A stretch of DNA of 64,000 nucleotides from Gnetum montanum (Eukaryota; Plantae; Gnetophyta), in assembly GCA_015680685.1 (NCBI GenBank), contig MNCI01003240.1, forward strand, positions 889,938-953,937, read 5' to 3'. Under the pieces are notes generated by a model. That model did not search any database and was not told the DNA's origin. It saw only the letters and a program-made list of their open reading frames with translations. Position numbers and translations under genes: made by a program. Positions within the stretch are counted from its first letter, which is position 1. Each line of letters starts with the position of its first letter. Positions 27,200 through 39,642 of the stretch are shown in pieces.

Positions 27200-28800
27200 C
27201 TAAAAAATAAGAATTTAATTTTTAATGAAAAACTAGTAGAACCAAAAATCAATTCTACAAACAAGCCTAATTTTTGTTCTATCACATTAACTAATGACGA
27301 GTTAGCATTTGTATAAATGCTTAGATATGAAATTCTTGGGACTCAATTATAAAAATATTAAATGAAAAGAATTAATCAAAATAATCACAAGCTACAAGTT
27401 CATAGAACCAAAAATCAATGTTATAAAAGAGTACCAAATGTTTTCTACAAATAGAAATAATATTATGTGTCATGTAGATTGACTAAGAAAGGCTTAGCTT
27501 ATATAATGAAAAAATGATTCTATAAGAAGGAGTAAATATGATTAGACAAAGAAATCTCATGTCATTTTTCACATTAGGTAAAAGTTAGCTATATAAGAAA
27601 TCACAAATTTAGCTCTACCAGCCATATTAGCTCATGAATAGTGGACTAGTAGAACTAAAAATTGGCTCTACAAGTGACCTCATTTTTTTCTACCATTTTA
27701 GCAAAGTATGATATAGCAATTAAAAGTATTTTAAGAAAATAATTGGATTCTACAAAGAAGGGCTTCTCCGTATCATCACAAGCCACATCACTAAAAGCTT
27801 ATATCAAGGCTTAATATTGATTCTTCAAAAGCTTGTTTTTATAGAAACAAATTCTAATTCTACAAGTAAGAATTTTAGATTGGTTTTACTAATGAAATTA
27901 ACTCTAAACATTAGAAAAGATTTGTACAACCAATGAATGATTATAGAAAGAAATTCAAAACTCGTTCTATAAGCCACCTTAACTTTTGACATAGAATGAG
28001 CTTATACAACCAAAAGTGGTTCAATAAGAAAGCACCTATCAATTCTATGATCCATGTTAGCACTAAGAGTTAACAAAACTATAGAACCAAAAAATAACAA
28101 GGTTCTATGTGAATACTTAAAAGTGGTTCTATGAGTAGAGTTTATATTTTTTATTACATAGGCTTAAGAAAAGGTTACAGTTAGTGGAACCAAATTTTGG
28201 TTTTACAAGAAAGATTCAAATTTTTCTACAAATCATGTCTTGATAGAACCAAAATGTGATTATACTTAAAAGCTTGAATGTTACTCTAAGATCATGAGGT
28301 CCACAATAAAGTGAAAAATATATTAAGTCTGTACACATGATGAATTATGTTTTTAATTCACATTAGCAAATCAAGAACACATAAAGCTTAGCACAAAGAA
28401 GATTTTAAAGTTTTGAGCTAAAATGACACTATGTAAAAGAATTCAAATGCCACATAAGAGAAAGGTTCATAGAACCAAAAAAAGGTTCTATGAAAATCTC
28501 ATAAAATGAGTTTTACAAAGAATGGGTGAGCTCTATAAGATCTAATTTAGAAAAGAAAATATTTTTGGATTTTACAAAATGAAAACTTAATGTTACAAAG
28601 GATCATATTCATTATTTAAAGCTCACGTAAAGCTCCATGTTAACACTTGCTTTGTAGAATCAGAAAATATTTCTAAAGCAAGTTTTCTTTTTGGTTCTAC
28701 AAGGCATGTCATTCCAAAACTAGCATAACTAAAAATTAGTTCTACAATTGAAATTATGTCTAATTCTATAAGCAACATCAACATTATATTTGTGCAAAGA
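27200..28800. repeat. Degenerate array of TAGAACCAAAA / TTTTGGTTCTA motifs in both orientations
   Basis: Many copies, e.g. tagaaccaaaaatcaattctac, tagaaccaaaaaaaggttcta, ttttggttctac. The same array occurs at 44940-45700. Confidence 0.75.
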
Positions 28801-29879
28801 GAAACTAAGAAGCTATTTTCTGTGGAAAGTTATTAGGCCTACTCTTTTATATTATATTTGGAAGTGAAGATGCAATGTTCTATTTCAAAACATAGATTAT
28901 TCTAATAAATGTTTGCTTACCAGGTTGGAGAAGTTGCAGATCTTTCACCTCACCCATTTTCAACTCACATCTCAAGCATCCAAGTTCAATCTGGACAGTC
29001 ATTAATTGGTTCATCTCTTGCAGCTATGGGAAAGACCTGTGTGTTCTAGTTACACTTAGCATCAATAATCTCTGCAAGGAAGCTTTTTCTTTTTATTATG
29101 TGGAGTCACCATTGGAACTCTCTGTATCCTTAATTGAGAGCTCTTTGCCTCATCTAATTCCATGTCATTATATTTTGTAACAAGCCAGTATGTGCAGACA
29201 TTTGGTTGTGCCCCAACATGGGTTTCCTCCTTTAATACTCGTTTATTTCTAAGGCGTTTCCCGAGTGTCATTCACAATGCTCTNNNNNNNNNNNNNNNNN
29301 NNNNNNNNNNNNNNNNNNNNNNNNNNNNNNNNNNNNNNNNNNNNNNNNNNNNNNNNNNNNNNNCCCCCCCCCCCACCCCATCTTAGCTTATAAAATAAGA
29401 ACTTGACTCTACAAAACAACTATACTTACAATGATACATTGGCTCATCAATATGTAGTAAATGAAAAATTATTTTAAGTTAAGAATAAGAGAAAAATCTA
29501 TGAGAGCTAATAAAAATTTTTGAAGAAAAAAGCTAAGCCATCAAGATATTCATATCTAAGCCTCTTGAGCCTTAATGATCTTAAAGAAGTAGCTTAATAA
29601 ATTAAAGAACATGTAGAGGTCAAAGATAGATGTTAGCTAGTAATTCCAATGATATGTCTTCAGGTAGGTAAATTAGGATTAAATATTTTATCTATTAATT
29701 GATAAAAATATGCTAAATTCTAAATCACAAAAGTTTATATAGAGTAGAGTTACAAAGTAAGGTAATAGACTAGAAGCTAAAATTTAAAGTTTAGACTAAG
29801 TCCTTAGAAGTAAATAAGCATAAAAAGATCTACAATTCAAGCTTCTTCATGAAATTTTGTCTGTTTAAAATGTCTCACA

Positions 29880-31650
29880 AGGAAAGAGAAGAAGCTTAGT
29901 AGAAGTACTATAATGTTGATACTTTCAAATTTTCAAACTACCTACACCATTTCAAGCTAAATATTTTTTAGTTGTACTAATGGATTAATGTTGCATGTTT
30001 AGAGATAGAATAGGATGAAAGAGAATTTTTTAGTTTTGATGAAGACCATGATTTGGGTCAAAAAATAGGGATCAAAATCTTGAAAATAATGTAAGATTGG
30101 CATATGATGAATGAGAGAATGCACCTCCATAATCTTAGATTCAACCCAAGAGTTAACTTGATAAAAGATGCCCTCAATTGCCTAATACCTAAAATAATCT
30201 ATGAAAAGGATAAGCTCCATTTGAAAGATAAGATAGAGTAATTTATTAACATTAGAGTTAAGAAGAAAAATGAGCTCTATGGTATTATTGAGCTTGACAT
30301 TAGCAAAGAAAAAACACAATAGATAAATAAGAAGACACTTAGTAGTAGATTTGGATAATAAAAAAATACATGAAAGGTAGCAAGGCTCCCACTAGCATAG
30401 CTTGTAAAGGATTTCAACTACCAAAATATCATTCCAAAGGTGATTGAGCTCAAATTTCCTTATCAAATTTTTATTTAACATTTTAATTTTTGCATGATTG
30501 ATGAAATTGATTTCATTAGGAATTATCATGTCTTAGTTTGAGTAGCTTTAGAATATAGGATAAATTTCTTCCCCATTCAATATATGAATGATATACTATA
30601 GAAAATCCTAGCATAGGTTCATGATCAAGGAATGTAATTAAATATAATATTATTTTTGATGGATTAACTACTGAGTGAAATGCTAGAACTAGATTAAATA
30701 GTCCCAATTTTTTTTTCAAATATATCTTGGAGTGCAAAGCTTGGCCAAAAGATCCTTCTAATGACTTCTTTTTAGTCATTTACTAGAAGAGCTAAATTGA
30801 TGTCTAAGCTTTAGAATTTTTGATAAATTGTGTATATTGCAATGTACCTAAATTCATCTTAGGAGCTCTCCAAGTAGATCAACAAATTATTCATGAAATT
30901 TTGAATAAGTACCATGGAGCCATTTTTATTAATACTAATTGTATTTAGATTTCATTAATAGGTCTTGATGGTCAATATTGAAAGCTACTAAGGTGCATGG
31001 ATCCTTATTTAGTAACATTAGAAGTGGAATGAAAAATATGAAAGAATCCACTTTGATATGACTTTAAGCATAAGGAAGTATTTCCATTAAAATTTAACTT
31101 CTGGGAATTCAACTATGCATGGCATCTCAAAGAAATGGCTAAGAAGTATAAAGAACAATGTGATCTTTCATTAGCTCTAAAAAGAATTTGCTTAGCTACA
31201 AAGACTAGAAAAGTACATTGGCTTGATGAGACAAATGTTATGTATTAATGAACTTTAGGAAAAGAAGTGAATCAAGCTAAATACAAGGCACAAGATCATA
31301 TAAAAAGAACCTTATTAATGAAGCTCCCAACAACTTCTTATGATTAACCTACTATAGAAGTATACTAATGGATGAAGAGAAAAGATTATTCTTTGCCTAG
31401 AAATTTTCCAAAAGAATACATAACTTTAATGAAAGATAATTATTTCTCTTGGAAGCTTGAAAATATTAAGAAATATCTTCCTAATGAAAGATTTACACTA
31501 AATAGTTTTGAATATGTAAGATTTTGATCTAGGTAGATCAAAATTAAGAGGATAATGATCAATAAGAAAAAATAGTAGAAATTATTAGAGTAGCAGCAAT
31601 AACAATAATAGCTATTTAAGTAGCAACAATAGTAGCAACAAATAAAGTTT
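29880..31650 (+). pseudogene. Accessory (env-position) ORF of the Tat-like gypsy family, unknown function, copy 1 (left boundary approximate)
   Basis: Translates with stops to ..CMDPYLVTLEVE..YDFKHKEVFPLKFNFWEF..YSLPRNFPKEY..; homologous to 43012-44900(-) and 50660-51716(-). Confidence 0.7.
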
Positions 31651-32049
31651 AGAGCTCATCATTAGCTTTAAACATTTTGGAGTTTTTCTTAGGACACTTA
31701 ATGAAAGTTGCAACTTCATCCCTCAAGGTAAAAGTGAAATAAAGAAGAGTCATTTTAAATCAAACCCTTTAGACGAAGACAAAGATAAAAATAAGTATCA
31801 TTTTTTCTATAAGGAAGATGATCCATGAATAGGGGGCACAAAATCTAGTGATGATACATTAAGACATTTCAGAAACAATACCTATATTGATCAACAACAT
31901 GGGATAAGTTGTTGATAATATGATATCAAAGTTAAATTTATTTCTGATGCAAAATGAATATCAAATAGTCAAAATAAAAGAAGAGATCAAGAACTCCAAC
32001 GAGATAAATGGACAGGTTAAGGCCACAACCATGATAAAGGAGTCATTAT

Positions 32050-34420
32050 TGGAGAAGAAAAAGTAAGTTAGCTTGTAATTAGAAGAAAGATTAGTTGTTG
32101 TGAGCTCAAAGTTAAAAAATTAGAAATCAAGGGAGGTTTTGAGCTAAAGTGTGATCAAATCCTAAGAAAATATACTATTAAGAGCTCATTCCTAAAGCAT
32201 ATAAACAATTATTGTTAAAATTTTTTGATAATTTCCCCAATTTCAAAATTTAAAATATTTCCAAAGAGGAAAATTAAATAGTTGATGAACATGCCTTAGC
32301 ATCCTCAACCTTAAGCATATCCAAGATAATTAAAAAAAGGAATAATGATCACATTCGAGTTAGAACTTATGATTTCTAACAGTGTAATATGCCTTCAAGT
32401 TCTTGAAGATGATCATTAAATAATTATGTTCTTAAGAAATATACAAGAATTCAAGAATCAGGTTTGTATTGTAGAAGGACTAAAACAAAGAATGAATATA
32501 ATACCAAATAAGGTATTAAAAGTTAAAGACGAATTTAAAAATAACTTGATCAAAGGCTATGATATTCAAGATCCCAAAGATCAAGCATTAAAAGTTGTGA
32601 ATCTAGGATGTAATGATACTTCCAAAAATATAAATGTTGGATTAGAATTAAAGTTATAAATAAAATTCAAAATGATTCAAGTTTTAAAAGAAATTTTAAA
32701 ACATTTCATGTGGTATTATGATCATTTGATAACTTTTAATCCTAGCATTGTGACTTGTAAGATTCTATTAGTTGAGGGATGCAAAGTTATCAAGAAAAAA
32801 AAACTAAGAAAATTTAATCTAGTTTTTAAACTAGTTATAGAAGTTAAGATTAAAAAGATGTTAAGTGCTAAGATATTGTATCTAATATGATCCTCAGCAT
32901 GGATAGCTAATTTGGTCTTAGTCAAAAGAGAGGGGTGGGGGGTGTGGTTTGGTGGGAGGGAGGGAGGAAGCTTCAATTAAAGATATATATCCACTTTCAG
33001 AGATTGATGAAATTCTTATAAGAGTATTATGATGTTATTTGTATTCATTTTGGATGATTTCTTAGCCTATAAGTAGATTATAGTAGATAAGAATGATAGA
33101 TATATGATAAAATTCACTATAAAATGGTAAAATTTTGCCTATAAAAGAATGTCATTTAGTTTATCAAATATAAGAGAAATATTCTAATGAGCCATGAATG
33201 TTATATTTAAGGGATTGATTGGAAAATAATTGGCTATTTATTTAGAAAAATATTACAATTTACTTGAAACATGAAAAAGATCATATTTTTCATTTGCAAC
33301 AGATATTTGATAAATGTAAAGATTTTGGCATTTATTTGAACCCTACGAAATGTATTTTTGGCATAAACTCAAGAGGTTTATTAGGGAATATAATTTGCCA
33401 AAATTGAATAGCTATAAATCAATCAAGAATATAAGAAATTTAGAATATTGAGCATCCAAAAAATAAAAAATCATTACAATCATTATTTAAGAAATTTAAT
33501 TTCATAAAAAGGTTTATACCAAGATTCATAGTAATAAGAAAGTCACTCTGACTAATGTTGAGGTTTGGAAAATCAAAGAGTGAATAAAAGATTTAGAGTT
33601 AATTATAAAAGCCATTTTGGGAGCTTGATATTTAGTAAAACCCAAACTAATTGAAGACTTTTAGTTGTATGCATTTGTACCTACAGACTCTCTAGCAGCT
33701 ATTTCAATACAAAGGCATGGAAAAGAAGAAAACCTTATTGAATTTTTTTCGTATTAGTTAAAAGAAGATGAGAAAAACTATTCTAAGCTCCATAAATAAC
33801 AATTTGCTCTAGTAAAATTTCTAATCCATTTCAAATATTATTTAGAAAATACGATTGTTTACATTATGACCATATAGCCAACTCTAAGATAATTTTTATC
33901 TTGGAATGAAATTAGTTTGAAGAGAGCTAATTGGATGATTAATTTACAACAATTTAAATTTATACTAGAAACTTGTAAAATAGTAAAGAATATGGGATTA
34001 GCTAGGATAATGATAGGAGAGCCTAAAGATGAAATATTAACTCTTTCTAAAATCAAGAATTAGAATGATGATATAATTAGATATCTCATTAAATAAGAAA
34101 TTTCTAAGGATTTAACAAAATGACAAAAATAAGATTTTTTTCACAATATAAGTAGATAGATTCTAACTAAAATGATTTTATATAGAAAATATTTTAGAGG
34201 AATACTACTAAAATGGGTATCAAATTAAAGAATTTATGAAATTTTGAGCCAATTCCATGATCATATAGGCTTATATAATGAATTTTCTAGAACTACAATG
34301 CACCACATTTTGAGATATGGATTTTACTGGCCTATAATATACAAGAACTTAAGTAATAAAATCCTAACTCATTACAAATTTTAAATTCAAGGACCAAAGA
34401 TGGAAGGATGTTAGAACCTG
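32050..34420 (+). pseudogene. Tat-like gypsy pol remnant: additional RNase H fragment, then RT, RNase H and integrase N-terminus
   Basis: ELKVKKLEIKGGFEL..NISKEEN*IVDEHALASS (extra RNase H); VVNLG..KNINVG, WIANLVLVK, LDDFLAYK*I, YKRMSFSLSN, LNPTKCIFGI; TTMHHILRYGFYWPIIYK. Confidence 0.85.
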
Positions 34421-34489
34421 AAATAAGTGAAACATAGGTACACCCCAAGCTATATGGTCTAATTAGAACTTTATGTAACTTACCATTGT

Positions 34490-35195
34490 TGGTGTAGGGA
34501 CACCTCTTTTGATTCCCTTATTCTTCCCTAAGTGTATGTTTTGTAGGTTTTAGGCATTGAAGAGATGTCTTGGAGGATTAGAAGATGTATTGGTTGAGGT
34601 CTAGAAGTGATTGGAGATGTTTGGAGATTATAGGAGATGTCTTACTCTTTGGACTAATGTCATGACTAAGAAGAAGACAGCTTAGGTGAGTCATCTCCCT
34701 AGAACCTGAGATGTCTCACCTAAGAACAAGATTTATTAGGTAAGACATCTTGGTACTTGGAAGAGATGTCTTAGAAAAATAGTAGATGTCTTGCCTAAGA
34801 TTTGGGTTGACACAAAAAAGTCTTTCCAGGATCAAAGACAACCTATACAGATGGGAAAACTTCCAAAAACACCTGTCCAAATTGGGGATATAGTCAAAAC
34901 ATGATGGAAAAGAATGAAAATATCTTGGGAGAAGGTGAGAGGACTTGGGAAACATCTAAAGGACCTCAAGTTGAGTTAAGGAAAGGTTTCTAGGTTTCTG
35001 ATCTTTCAGTTTGAAATAAATATTCATATGTTTATTATTGTTTATGGCAAGGAGTAAGAAAAGAGCTTTTAAGATTGGAAAGCTAAGCAAGAGAGAGTGG
35101 TTGAGCATATTGTGTGAATGCAAGTGGTGATTATAGCTCCAGATCAGCTTGTGATATGTTGGTCTTTGTATTCTATTCTATAGTATCTTACTTGT
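34490..35195 (+). mobile_element. 5' part of a CRM-like LTR, interrupted by the minus-strand Tat-like element
   Basis: Starts tggtgtagggacacctcttt like 19695. Colinear with the 19695 LTR up to ttctattc..tatcttacttg, where homology stops abruptly. Confidence 0.8.
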
Positions 35196-35388
35196 TGTTG
35201 ATGACAACTTTGGACTATCATTGTTTCAGTGTTACTTCCCTAGTGACAAGGAACTAATGATGGGAAAAGCTCTACGTAATAGTAATGTTTATCTCTTTCT
35301 TGTAACAAAAATACAAGGTTAATTATTTCTTCAAAACTCAAGTTTAGATGTTTGCTAATCTTTAAAAACATTAAGCCTCAAATACCTC

Positions 35389-36237
35389 TAATGGGACGCG
35401 ATCGCGATATCGCATGGGCCACGATATCACATCCCTCGCGATATCGTGTACGCGATATTGCGTCTTCCCTTGCGATATCACGTAAGCGATATTGCGGTGC
35501 GTTGTCATATCTATAAATAAGAGGCGGCTCTCCCTTGTTTCCCATCCTAGGCTTAGACCGTAGTGAAACTCTGGAAGAATGATCACTCTAGAGATAGAAT
35601 ATTTTCCATGTGCCCGCAGTAGGAGTCCTAAAGTGAACGGATCTTTATTCGAGCAACCATTGTACCTGAACACAAGTTTGTGTACGACAATAAAGATGAG
35701 CTTCTTGGATAAACCTTAAAGTGCATGGAATAGGCTAATTAGGATTTATTTATTTTTATTTACTATTTTCCATTTAAATGCTTTATTAGGAATTAAGTCT
35801 TTCTCAACCCTTATCTCCTAGGTAAGTGCCTTAGTACGACTGCTTCGAGTACGTGCGTTATGTGTGGTGATCCTAGTAACAACTAGCGTTTGGTAACCAC
35901 GGTTGCATTGGTTTAGGGTGTGAATGGTAAGTGGGAACAGATGCTGATGCTAGGTTAATTTAGACTTAGTTAGTTAGTTAGAGTTAGTAATTAGTCTCTT
36001 CAACCCTTCACCTCAATAGCATAGGAGATAAAATATAAAAAGATATAAAAATCATATACCTCAGAATTACTTAACCATACACCGTGACAGATACAAGTGA
36101 GTCTAGGAAGACAATGAATAATTAACCTTAAGTGTTCCATGAGGCATGTAGGCACTTAGTCTACAGAGTTCGACTGGATCGCGCATGTTACGCTCGTATT
36201 CGTATGGTTGAGTGTAGGGGTACCTCACCACTCATCA
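35389..36237 (+). repeat. 5' LTR of the Athila-like element
   Basis: taatggg (mutated TG)...ctcatca; direct repeat of 41404-42260; TATA ctataaata near 35511. Confidence 0.92.
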
Positions 36238-36238
36238 T

Positions 36239-36256
36239 TGGCGCCATTGCTAGAGA
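36239..36256 (+). promoter_or_regulatory. Primer-binding site, tRNA-Asp type
   Basis: tggcgccattgctagaga versus the Athila consensus TGGCGCCGTTGCCGGGGA; all differences are transitions. Confidence 0.8.
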
Positions 36257-36381
36257 CTAAGTTTTTGTGCGCCAAGTAGAACATAAGAGATCATTCACAT
36301 CATTGGGAGCTTAAACGAACCTTAGGGTTAATTAAAAGAAAAATTATATAACAGTTAATTAGCACACCAAATTAAATAACA

Positions 36382-39300
36382 ATGTCTTCTTCTTCTTCTC
36401 ACAAGAGTAACACACCACCTAGGGATCATACAAAGAATAGTCGGCAATCTAAAATGCATAACCTAAATCAGCCAGTTCCTCAACAATATAGGGTGGAATA
36501 TACTCATCCCAATGAGTATATACCCAATTTTACTTTTATCCTCCATTAGGATGAACAGATGTGCTAGAGAGACTTGCAAGGTAACATAGTGTTACCTCTG
36601 AATTGTGCAGTCCTCAACATGCTCCTCCGTGCTCTGGCATAGATCAGCATCACTCAGCTCTATGCTAAATATGTTGTGGCAAATTTTGACACAAGGGATT
36701 ATCATCCCACAGAAGAAAAATGTATAAGGGACTCAAGGCAGGAGAGCCAACATACACTGTTGAAGGGCAAAGAGGTCCTGCATGTCCTAAGTGAAATTGG
36801 AGATGGCAAACCACTTATAACAGGTTCTCTATCAAAAGATGTTCCCCCTCCTAATGATAGTGAGGAGGTGGGGTATTAGAACCTACGCTCCATGATACAA
36901 AACCCTAGTTCTAATCCCTATGAACACCAACTGTTCACTAAGGAAACAACAACACATGACAAGGACGGCCACTCAGATTGTCATCATGATCGGGGCTGAA
37001 GCCACAGAAGAGAAGGTAGGAAACTTCATCATGGCAATGGTTCTCCTTCTTCTTTCCCTTCATCACATCATTCAACCTCTCCTTCCACCTCTAGGCATAG
37101 TCATAGAGAGCATAACGGTGAGGATAGAGGTAGACAAAATGAGAGACCTTGACGAGAGAGTCGAGAGGGAGGACAAGGGTATGAACGAAGGAAAAGTAGG
37201 GAACAACGTAGAAATCATAGACTTCATGAAAGAGATGATCATGACGAACCCCTACTTGCCACCCAGAGTATGCTAAATATAATGGAGGTAGTGAGAATAC
37301 CAACAAGGCATTTAAAAGATAGTCAAATCAAGCGTTTAGACATGAACAACATCCCACGCTTTGAGGGTGGATACAACACAGATCTGAAAAATCATTTATA
37401 GGAATTCCACGATGCCTGTGCCTTGCAAAACATAGAGAAAGAATGGCAGAAACTCAAGTTATTTCCTAGGACACTCATTAAGGAAGCAGAGAGTTGGTAC
37501 TGGTCCTTAGAATCAAAAACCATTAGGAGGTGGAGTACGATGTTAGAACTCTTCAAAGATAAATATCAAACGTACTCTAGAGTGTCTAACCTGCGTAAGC
37601 AGATCCAAGGATGGAAGCAAGGTACTCATGAATCCTTGGATGCTACCATGGACTACTACTACGCATTGTTACATCATTGCTCGGGCCATGGTTACGCACA
37701 ACAAGATCAACTCTGCCACATCGTAGATGGGCTAAGGTATGAAACTAGAAGAACCCTTGGGACTTATGCCCAAGGAAGATTATCAGAACTTAGAGCCCAT
37801 GAAATTCATCGATTGTTGGAACAAGTAGCAAAAGAATAAGGGGAGCTAAAAAAAAGGAAAAGTGCGGAAGAATATAACCATGATCCCTCTCTTCGNGTGA
37901 CAAGGGTAAGGGAAAAATAACTATCTTTGATGAGGTTGTGGATTCTGACATAGACAATGATGGTGGATGTGAGATATGCCAATATGACCATCCCAAGGGA
38001 TGTTGTCCAATCATCTCACATCTACAAGAGTCTGGGGTGTATGCACTTAACTTGAGACTTAAACAACGGCAGACACCTCATAGGTTACCTTATCCCCAAG
38101 GTAACCCAAGACAGTTCCACCAACCATTGATGTACTATCCAAGTGGAACTCCACCACAACCCATCAGACAACATCAACAGTGGCAATACCCACAATCATG
38201 GGGGATTCCACTACCGAAACAGCAGTACCCTTACCAGCAGCCAGACCCATATGGATAGCACATGCAACAACTGATTTCTCCAATTGATACCATGGGTCAC
38301 ACAACTCCCCAACGTCACTACCAAGTTTGGGAGTACTTTAGAAGGACCCCTTATCCTTCGAGAGATACTCCAGATCCATACCATCCTCCTAATCCATCCG
38401 CACCTCTTCCACTAGTAGTTCCCATAACACCTCCTGCTCTAATAATGCAAGGGGAACTCCCCACTCAACTGCAGCCACGTAATGCTACGAGAGCTATAAA
38501 CATTCAACCCACTGTTGGTTCTGACAACTGTAAAAAGAGAAGGCCTTTCTTTAGAACCAAAAGCCCATACAGGCTCTCACAACAACAAGTGGTTGAGTTT
38601 GTGATCACTCCTCCAACATACAAGGCTTTAGAGCATCCTTCAGTCCAACAACAAAGCCTAACGCATACGGTTATGTTAACACATACCGTAACCGACTGGA
38701 TCAAGGTAGGCCACCTTCCCAGGAAAATCTCTAATCTTGGATGCCCCTTAATCTATCTACAAATTGCCGGGAACGAACCACATAAGGATCTTCTTGACTT
38801 AGGTTCCAGAGTCAACCTAATCTCATGAGAAATGTATCAAGCCTGGAACCTGCCCCAACTTAAGAAGAGCAACATTCAACAAGAGCTAGTAGACTAGTCC
38901 ATCACCATTCCCTTGGGATTGGTGGTGGACATTGTTACCACTATGTGTGGCTGGTCATACCCAGCCTATTTCCTGGTGATTGAAGTCAACAACAACGAAG
39001 GGGGCTTCCCAATTATAATGGGAAAGGCATGGCTAAGCGCCATAGATGCGTACCTGAGGATCTATGATCTTTCCTTGGAGTTATCTAAGGTAAATATTTA
39101 TGGAAAGATTGAGAAGAGGAAAGTTCCATGCATCACATACAGTGATTCATCGGGTGATGACATGGAGGAATGCACAACATCTCCTCCATGCAACAGGTAT
39201 GCCCTTGAAACTGTGAGACAAAGATGCTTGTATGTGGCAACCACAAAACCAGTAGTAGACACCCTATGGTTGATAGCTAGTTGAAAGAGCAATCAACAAA

Positions 39301-39430
39301 CATGTATGGAATAAACTGGGGGAACAACACATGCCAACAATGAAGGCATAGATACATTGGAATATGAGCGTTGCCAACTTCCACCCCTTAATCTAAGAAC
39401 ATCAATGGGGAGAAGTTGGACACTTTTAAG
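36382..39430 (+). pseudogene. Athila-like gag-protease pseudogene with a long basic, Arg/Ser/His-rich N-terminal extension
   Basis: ATG at 36382 is in frame with IPRFEGG..KLKLFPRTLIKEAESWYWSL; knuckle CEICQYDHPKGCC; protease LPRKISNLGCP..LLDLGSRVNLI..PIIMGKAWL. Confidence 0.88.
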
Positions 39431-39621
39431 AAATTCAAATAGATGTTCATTATTTTGGATCTCCCCCTTTCCATTCAGTCATGGGGGAGATGGCCACCTA
39501 TGCTAACCATTGGAGGCCCTTAGTTCTTTTTAGTTTTTTTGTCTTACACATTTTTTTTTTACAAATTTCTTTAACTTTTCTTGTTTTTGTTTTACTACAT
39601 TGTTTATACACTTTTTTATTT

Positions 39622-39642
39622 TGTGTGTGTGTGTGTGTGTGT
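39622..39642 (+). repeat. (TG)n microsatellite
   Basis: About 10 TG units read directly. Confidence 0.9.

Noticed and set aside
29364-29380. Poly-C tract as a PPT or G4 element
   Set aside because: It is adjacent to an N-gap and likely a sequencing breakpoint.
35389-36237. Retrozyme (hammerhead ribozyme in the LTR)
   Set aside because: No CTGANGA...GAAA core with flanking helices was seen by eye.
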